A stretch of 17,640 nt of DNA from Octopus sinensis (Eukaryota), in contig NW_021824786.1 of assembly GCF_006345805.1 (NCBI RefSeq), forward strand, positions 1 to 17,640, read 5' to 3'. The translations under genes and the position numbers were made by a program. Positions 11,334-17,640 of the stretch are shown one piece after another. The first letter of the stretch is position 1; every line of letters starts with the position of its first letter. Under the pieces are notes generated by a model. The model was not told the origin of the DNA. It ran no database searches and saw nothing but the letters and a program-made list of their open reading frames with translations.

Positions 11334-11334
<1 letters not shown>
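7500..11334 (+). mobile_element. Non-LTR retrotransposon, R4/Dong clade (RLE type), apparently near full length; 5' boundary uncertain
   Basis: Single multi-frameshifted ORF with R4-type N-terminal motifs (KWTREEYKEVIYAYYYA; LANLRRDILRNNRLTDIEI; KQKVQAKAQRIRRFEKRNKFYKQNKLF), RT, CCHC knuckle, RHD and PD-(D/E)xK endonuclease. A ~170-bp 3' UTR is followed by A9 and (TAA)22. Confidence 0.92.
7561..11161 (+). pseudogene. Disrupted polyprotein ORF (~1200 codons if restored): Myb-like/RT/CCHC/restriction-like endonuclease
   Basis: ATG at 7561. Motifs: NYRPITCL (~9102), EQKG, AWIDYKKAFDSIPH, GIFQGDSLSP (QGD 9510-9518), YMDD (9627-9638), FGLEKC, YKYLG, C-x2-C-x8-H-x4-C (CRFCNDMIETVDHLISGC, 10600-10653), RHD, KPDIV..IDMSIP..K..KY (from 10851), PVIVGALG. 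The stop is at 11161 or 11187 depending on frameshift repair. Confidence 0.9.

Positions 11335-11400
<66 letters not shown>
11335..11400. repeat. (TAA)22 microsatellite (LINE tail and/or target)
   Basis: 66 nt of perfect TAA directly after the LINE 3' end. Confidence 0.98.
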
Positions 11401-11403
<3 letters not shown>

Positions 11404-11596
11404 CATCGAAAAGTAGCTTAGGAATGAGAACCTAGGTTCGAAATTTCCCCAAGACACCTGATGAAGGCTGGAGGGTATATCAGCCGAAACGTTGTTTTAA
11501 CAACAAACAAAATGAGGACTATTATTCGCCAAATGTAAATGATGTAAATAATGTAAATAATGTAAATAATTCCTCATCTCTTAAATATAGAACTGT
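11404..11596 (+). mobile_element. Short interspersed element with minimal hammerhead motif, copy 2
   Basis: ~90% identical to the reverse complement of 5167-5320. It follows (TAA)22 and contains (ATGTAAATA)x4-like repeats near its 3' end. Confidence 0.85.
11453..11498 (+). ncRNA. Minimal type I hammerhead ribozyme motif (copy 2)
   Basis: GACAC | CTGATGA (11458-64) | A | GGCTG-GAGGGTATAT-CAGCC (perfect 5-bp stem II) | GAAAC | GTT | GTTTT. Stem I GACAC/GTTTT pairs at 4 of 5 positions, and stem III is the palindrome AACGTT. Confidence 0.65.
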
Positions 11597-11840
11597 GTAT
11601 TTGTTAGAGTATTCATTATATCTTTGCCTATACCTGTATCTATATACCTTTACTGTATATACTTTATTATATTTATTTAATTTTTATATTCTTTTTGTGT
11701 GCTTATATTTACAACAGAAACATTGAGTTGATTTTCATATATAAACGTTTGACAAAACGATTTCCACATCATATTTATGTAATTTAATAATTACAAGTAC
11801 TTATGTAATTAATGACATGTTGTTTTCTTCTTATATGGAT

Positions 11841-11975
11841 TTTTACTCTTTTGTTCTTTTACTAGTTTCAGTCATTTCACTGTGGCCATGCTGGAGCACA
11901 GCCTTGAAGTGTTTTAGTCGAAGAAATCGACCCCAGTGCTTATTTTTGGTAAATATACAAACACAGACACACACA
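11841..11975 (-). mobile_element. 3' tail of composite microsatellite-containing SINE (internally deleted)
   Basis: Homologous to 14255-14445 (TTTTACTxGTTTCAGTCA...GGCCATGCTG..GCAC; ACAAACACAGACAC). Confidence 0.75.
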
Positions 11976-11994
11976 CACACACAGAGGCACACAT

Positions 11995-12070
<76 letters not shown>

Positions 12071-12074
12071 TATA
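11976..12074. repeat. (CA)n/(TA)n microsatellite
   Basis: Directly visible. Confidence 0.95.
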
Positions 12075-12382
12075 GGGAGCCAGTGGCCCAGTGGTTAGGG
12101 TAGCGGACTCGCGGTTGTAGGATCGCGTTTTCGAGTCCCAGACCGGGCGTTGTGAGTATTTATTGAGCGAAAACACCTAAAGCTCCAAGAGGCTCCGGCA
12201 GTGGGTGGGGACGATCCCTGCTGTACTCTTTCGCCACAACTTTCTCTCACTCTTTCTTCTGTTGGCCTGCTCTCTTAGCCAACGGGGTGGCGTCATTTGA
12301 AGGCTAAAACAATGCGAAGCGCATTGTGACCAGCGATGTGTAGCAACATCTGATAGCCTGGTCTGTCACGGGGATCACGGTG
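12075..12382 (+). mobile_element. tRNA-derived SINE C (head type 1, different tail) inserted in (TA)n
   Basis: A box TGGCCCAGTGG. The first ~180 bp match SINE A, and (TA)n lies on both sides. Confidence 0.85.
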
Positions 12383-12541
12383 ATATATATATATATATAC
12401 GATCCGAAATCTGCGATGAGGGATCAGTTTCTGACTGAAGAATGAAGGCTTTGAATGAACTGTTTGTCTTTTTGTTCGTCTCTTCGTGTATTTCACGTTA
12501 TTTATTTATGTAAAGGTCTATTATATATATATATATATATG

Positions 12542-12693
12542 TACGACGAGCTTCTTTCAGTTTCTGTCTACCAAATCCACTCTCAAGGTTGTGATCGGCC
12601 CGAGGTTGTAGTAAAAGACACTTATCTAATGTGCCACGCAGTGGGACTGAACCCAGAACCATGTAGCTGGGAAGCAAGCTTCTTACCACACAC
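12542..12693 (-). mobile_element. 5' head of composite SINE
   Basis: Homologous to 15142-15296. The minus strand has a tRNA-like head with GGTTCAGTCCC B box. Confidence 0.8.
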
Positions 12694-12939
12694 CTACGTC
12701 TGTGGAAACAGTTGTAGGAAACAGCAACAGAAATTTCTTAAATGTTAGTGAGATAATTCATTTTCTGTTCCTCCAAATATTCTGCTCTGAATATCCATTT
12801 CAGAAAATTTTAGACTTTATGTGATATCATACAAGTTATTGCTATCGTATTGAAGAAATAATATATTTATTACAAGTTAAAGAACTGACATCTTGCATTT
12901 AGTAGATTTTTTCAGTGAATACGCAATATTTCAAGATAT

Positions 12940-13210
12940 ATATATATACCTATACATGTATATGCATATCTACACACGTATGTGTGTGAGTGCGTGAGTG
13001 TGTGTGTTTGTGAGTGCGTGATTGAGCATATATATATATATACACATATATGTGTGCATATATATGTATGTGGATGTATATATATATATATACACACACA
13101 TATATGTGCGCATATATATGTATGTGGATGCATATATGTGTGTGTGTGCGTGTGTGTGTGTGTGTAAATATATATATATTGCGAGAAAGAATGAAAGAGA
13201 GAGAGAGGGA

Positions 13211-13254
<44 letters not shown>

Positions 13255-13262
13255 GAGAGAAA
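12940..13262. repeat. Compound (TG)/(TA)/(GA) microsatellite with a ~55-60-bp internal duplication
   Basis: CATATATGTGYGCATATATATGTATGTGGATG occurs twice. The (GA)n tract spans ~13195-13262. Confidence 0.9.
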
Positions 13263-13643
13263 GAAATTTCACTTATACCAAACATTTTGGAAAAGCACTC
13301 GGCAACGATTCAGAGTAAATACGCTACTTAGATTATTTTTAGATATTTTTTTAAAGAATATTTTTCAGCTATGCACGTTTTCAGCATATGACATTTCAAT
13401 TCTGCAAAATATTGCACACAAAAATTCAAATCTTTTTCGATCCCCTGGTTTCTGTTTAAACATAATATTACTCCTTGACCGAATCCCTAACACCAGAACC
13501 TAGCCTTAAATACCTACTCTAACTACAACTCCGGCTCTAAGCCTCCCATGATGCAGTTCTCGCGATTTAGAGAAAGTTCTAACGTTGTGCCTCGACAGTT
13601 CTTCGTGTGACATTGTTATTATGAAATATACATATAAAAATGC

Positions 13644-14011
13644 GGCGAGCTGGCAGAAACGTTAGCACGCCGAGTGAAATGCTTAGCGGTATTTCGTCTG
13701 CCGTTACGTTCTGAGTTCAAATTCCGCCGAGGTCGACTTTGCCTTTCATCCTTTCGGAGTCGATTAAATAAGTACCAGTTACGCACTGGTGTCGATGTAA
13801 TCGGCTTAATCCGTTTGTCTGTCCTTGTTTGTGCCCTCTGTGTGTAGCCCCTTGTGGGTAATAAAGAAATAGAAATAGGTATTTCGCCTGTCTTTACCTT
13901 TCATTCTTTCGGGGTCGATAAATAAAGTACCATTTGCGTACTGGGGTCGATATAATCGACTGGCCCCACTCACCCAAAATTTCGGGATTTGTGCCTTGAG
14001 CAGAAAAGAAT
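13644..14011 (+). mobile_element. tRNA-derived SINE D plus a second partial unit
   Basis: A-box-like TGGCAGAAACG, B box GAGTTCAAATTCC and central TTTCATCCTTTCGGRGTCGAT...AAGTACCA domain. The sequence restarts at GGTATTTCG (~13878). Homologous to 16358-16742. Confidence 0.85.
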
Positions 14012-14254
14012 ATACCTATAAAAGTAGTATCCCTTATGGTAGAAACGATTAACAAAGCAAATCTGTAATAAATGTGTATATAATAATTTTCTGTAATAAT
14101 GTATATATATATATACACTCAGATACACACATATACATATACAAATATATATTTGCCTATGTACATATATCTAACAAACCTTTATGCATATATGAGTGTA
14201 TACACGCACAAATAAGTTATATATATATACATGAATATATATATGTATGTGTGT

Positions 14255-14445
14255 TCTTTTATTCTTTTACTTGTTTCAGTCAGTTGCCTGCGGCCATGCT
14301 GAAGCACCGCCTTAAACGGTGTTTGTCGAACAAATATCCTTTATAAGCCCAGTTTTATATTCCACCGGTCTCTTTTACCGAACCGTTAAGTTACGGGCAC
14401 AGCATCGGTGGTCAAGTGATGGCGGGGAGACAAACACAGACACGC
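14255..14445 (-). mobile_element. 3' tail of composite microsatellite-containing SINE
   Basis: Homologous to 11841-11975 and followed by the internal (CA)/(TA) tract. Confidence 0.78.
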
Positions 14446-14455
14446 ACACGAATAT

Positions 14456-14492
<37 letters not shown>

Positions 14493-14566
14493 ACCATCCC
14501 CAAATACAAGAATATATGTGTGTGTGTGTGTATGTGTATGTGTGTGTGTATGTGTGTGTATGTGTA

Positions 14567-14939
14567 TTGTTATATTTGGGGATGGTCACATTGTCAGTTT
14601 AGCCAATGAAAACACACGCACTATATATTTGGTGTTCACTTGCTTCAGCTTTATTTTATAGTAATTGTATTTCGGCCATATTTCTTTCCTCACAATCTAT
14701 GACCCCATCAGTAGTGCTTTGCTTTCTTCTTTTTTTTTTTTTTGTCTGTCTCTCCTTACTAATGATCTGCCATTTTGAAGAAAGCAAAGGACCACTGATG
14801 AGGTCACACAAGTGTAACGGAAGAACTCTGGCCGAAATACAATTAATATAAAATAAAGCTGAAACAAGTGAACACCAAATATATAGAGCGTGTGTTTCCA
14901 TTGGCTAAACTGACAACATCAACACCCCCAATACAACAA
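14567..14939. repeat. Foldback element: 163-bp inverted arms (14567-14729 / 14777-14939) around a 47-bp spacer
   Basis: The central 87 bp (14592-14678 vs 14829-14915) have 4 mismatches and the inner part is ~75% identical. A third 23-bp end fragment lies at 14492-14514. Confidence 0.92.
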
Positions 14940-14974
14940 AATCTGTTTCAACACACAAGAATCTTGCAAAATGA

Positions 14975-15011
14975 ATATATAAACGAATATATATATGTAA
15001 TATATATATAT

Positions 15012-15102
<91 letters not shown>

Positions 15103-15141
15103 CATACATATATATATATACATATATATACATATATATAT
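14975..15141. repeat. (TA)n microsatellite
   Basis: Directly visible. Confidence 0.97.
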
Positions 15142-15296
15142 ACGACCGACTTCTTTCAGCTTCCGTCTACCAAATCCACTCACAAGGCTTTGGCTGGCCC
15201 GAGGCTATAGTAGAAGACACTTGCCCAAGGTGTCACGCAGTGGGACTGAACCGGAATCATGTGGTTGGTAAGCAAGCTACTTACCACACAGCCACT
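15142..15296 (-). mobile_element. 5' head of composite SINE (tRNA-like head + partial CORE-like motif)
   Basis: Minus strand reads AGTGGCTGTGTGGTAAG...GGTTCAGTCCCACTGCGTGACACCTTGGGCAAGTGTC. Homologous to 12542-12693. Confidence 0.85.
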
Positions 15297-15304
15297 TCTA
15301 CACC

Positions 15305-15535
15305 CTACATGCATATATGTTTATATATATATTATTTATATATATATGTATATATATATATATTATATATAGAGAGAGAGAGAGAGAGGGAGAGAGACAG
15401 ACAGACAGACAAACAGACAGATTGAAAAAGAGAGCGAGGGAGATAGACAGATAGACTTTATATATGTATATATATCATATATGTATGTAAGTAGGTAGGT
15501 AGGTAGGTAGGTAGGTTTGTTGGTTGGTAGGTAGT
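15305..15535. repeat. Compound (TA)/(GA)/(GACA)/(GTAG) microsatellites
   Basis: Directly visible. Confidence 0.88.
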
Positions 15536-15804
15536 CACACTTGTTGATCTATTAATGAATACAGACTATTGTCATTTTCAGTTACAGCCAGATAAGATTT
15601 CGGAGTGCGTGTGTGTGTGTATGTGTGTATATGTGTGTGTGTCTGTGTCTGTGTGTGTGTTCGTAATCGACAGAAGAAGGACAACTGTTGTTGTAAGTTA
15701 CCAGCACTTTAAATCTTCCTGTTTATTTCCTGTTAGCTCATGTTAGCTCATAAACCTCACACCAATCCTTCGCCTCCTTCCTATATATTCTAACACAAAT
15801 GTAT

Positions 15805-15875
15805 ATGTATATACCTACATACATACATACATACATACATACATACATACATACATACTTACATACATATATGAT
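15805..15875. repeat. (ACAT)n tetranucleotide microsatellite
   Basis: Directly visible. Confidence 0.93.
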
Positions 15876-16224
15876 ATATATACATATATAAACATATGTG
15901 TATATATAGACATATGCAGACATACATATAGTCGTATGTGTATGCGTCTGTATGTGAGCGTGTGTACTACGCACTTTACCAGCATAGAGTCATATGCATT
16001 TATATATATACATATGGCAATTATATATACAAAAAGTACATACATATGCAAAACCATCCAAATGATCAATGCATCTCACAATTTTGTACTTAAATAGATT
16101 TCCAAACCGTTGCTAGGAGCAAACAGCTAAGGTGAGTACAGAAAATATATATCTGCTAATGTGAGTCAGTAAATGATAATAATAAAAGACAGGACAAATA
16201 CAGAATGTAGCATATATTTATATA

Positions 16225-16355
16225 TCGAGCTTCAGAACAGTTCCCGCCTGCTAAATTCATCTACAAGGCATTTTGTTGGTTCGAGGTTATAAATGAAATC
16301 ACTTGCCCAAGGTGACGAGCTTCAACACTGAACGCGAAACTACATAGTTGCGAGG
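16225..16355 (-). mobile_element. Old, diverged copy of the composite-SINE head
   Basis: CACTTGCCCAAGGTG and flanks align loosely with 15142-15270. Confidence 0.55.
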
Positions 16356-16357
16356 CC

Positions 16358-16742
16358 TGCCGGGCGAAATGCTTAGCCGTAAATCGTCGGCCGTTACGTT
16401 CTGAGTTCAAATTCCGCCGAGGTCGACTTCGCTTTCAAACTTTCGGGGTCGATAAATTAAGTGGCAGTTTCGCACTGGGATCGATATAATCTACTTAATC
16501 CGTCTGTCTGTCCTTGTTTGTCCTCTCTGTGTTTAGCACATTGTGGGTAGTAAAGAAATAGGCTTTCTGTCTGCCGTTACGTTCTGAGTTCAAATTCCGC
16601 CGAGGTCGATTTTGCCTTTCATCCTTTTGGGGTCGATTAAATAAGTAGCAGTTACGCACTGGGGTCGATATAATCGACTTAATCCTTTTGTCTGTCCTTG
16701 TTTGTCCCCTCTATGTTTAGCCCTTTGTGGGTAGTAAAGAAA
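16358..16742 (+). mobile_element. 5'-truncated SINE D with two tandem ~183-bp units
   Basis: GCCGTTACGTTCTGAGTTCAAATTCCGCCGAGGTCGA starts at 16390 and again at 16573, and each unit ends in GTGGGTAGTAAAGAAATA. Confidence 0.88.
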
Positions 16743-16744
16743 TA

Positions 16745-17095
16745 TATATATGTGTGCGTGCGTGTGCGAGCACGTGTGTGTGTATTTGGGCGCGCGTGTG
16801 TCCGTGTGCGTGTTATGCGTATATGTGTGTGTGCACGTATGTGCGTGTGCATATGTGTGCGTATGTATAGGTGTGTGCCTGTGTGTGTGCGCGTGTGTAG
16901 TGTGTGTGTGCGTATGTATAGTGTGTGTGTGTCTGTGGTATGTGTGTTTGTGTATGCATATGCGTAGTGTGTCTGTATGTGTAGTGTGTGTGCATGCGTG
17001 TGTGCATGCGTGTGTGTGTATGCATGCATGCGTGTGTGTATGAGCATGCATGTGTGGGGGGCGGCTGTGTGTGTAAGCGTGTTTGCAAGGGTGCT
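16745..17095. repeat. Degenerate (TG)n/(TGCA/TGCG) microsatellite
   Basis: Directly visible. Confidence 0.92.
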
Positions 17096-17274
17096 GTATA
17101 TATGTGCTGAATGTTATGTATTTGTTCGGAGCTGATGATTCATTCATCGCATCTTCTAGGTTCTTGTAATGTTTGAACCTACAGACAACAAGATCACTTA
17201 TTTTTTTTGTCTTACATAAAAAGATAATAGGCAGTGCGTTGACTTTGAACTAGACAGATAGTATTTGTAATTGT

Positions 17275-17640
17275 ACTTGTGGCGACATTCACCCTGACCG
17301 GGTTGAGTCGGCTTCTTCCACCACCCTCGAGGCATCTCGAACCATGGCAATAGAAGAAGTTTCGCAGGGAATATGAATTTCACAAGCGGTCCCCAACAAT
17401 CCCGCATGTAGAGACATCCTGTTTGCCGCAGATTGTCCGCAGACGCAGGGACAGAACGACCGGGGAGCCGCCGGTTGCCGAAACAGACACTCCGAGGATT
17501 TTCACCCTAATACCACTAGGTGTCAGACCAATCCGCCTTGGGTGGCCCTACCAAGAACCGAAGTTCCCGACGGCATAGCTCTGACACTACTCGTTGCCGG
17601 CGTCCCCACCACGGTGAGGAGGGGATGGATTTTGGGGACG
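17275..17640 (+). mobile_element. Possible 5' region of an RTE-clade LINE running off the window
   Basis: Abrupt GC/CpG-rich block. GGGTGGCCCTACCAAG...TCCCGACGGCATAGCTCT...CACCACGGTGAGG resembles, from recall, the CCCTACC..GACRRCATAGC..CACCACG motif of RTE/Rex3-type 5' regions. No ORF is visible in the window. Confidence 0.35.

Noticed and set aside
13478-13545. Telomere-like CCCTAA-type repeats
   Set aside because: Only one or two recognisable hexamers; too degenerate to support.
14588-14919. Ginger-type MITE (TGT...ACA termini with ACAT 4-bp TSD)
   Set aside because: Inverted homology continues ~25 bp beyond the supposed termini, so the ACAT duplication is more likely coincidental divergence within longer arms.
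14868-15425. 185-aa and other YI/CV/HT-rich ORFs across 11800-17150
   Set aside because: All are dinucleotide microsatellite translations.
17300-17359. HDV-like ribozyme at the start of the GC-rich block (GGGTTG/CATCTC, CTTCT/AGAAG, CCCTCG loop)
   Set aside because: P1 has a mismatch, and canonical P3, P1.1 and J4/2 cannot be assembled. A descriptor search on the family consensus would be needed.

Overview
Eukaryotic, repeat-saturated non-coding DNA, most likely from a coleoid cephalopod (Octopus-like). That assignment is inferred from the SINE types and microsatellite density. No host gene can be supported, and nearly all entries in the ORF track are translations of microsatellites or minisatellites. 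Main contents: (1) a 21-bp G/T-rich minisatellite (1-2310) with internal higher-order structure; (2) an apparently near full-length R4/Dong-clade non-LTR retrotransposon (~7500-11334; Myb-like N-terminus, RT, CCHC knuckle, restriction-like endonuclease) broken by many 1-nt deletions and ending at (TAA)22; (3) at least four families of tRNA-derived SINEs with shuffled heads and tails and nested insertions; (4) two inverted copies of a ~160-190 bp element carrying a minimal type I hammerhead-ribozyme motif next to (TAA)n tracts; (5) a ~370-bp foldback element whose arms carry a second hammerhead-like core; (6) a possible hAT transposase relic and a possible RTE-LINE 5' region at the right edge. 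All alignments and identities were estimated by eye.
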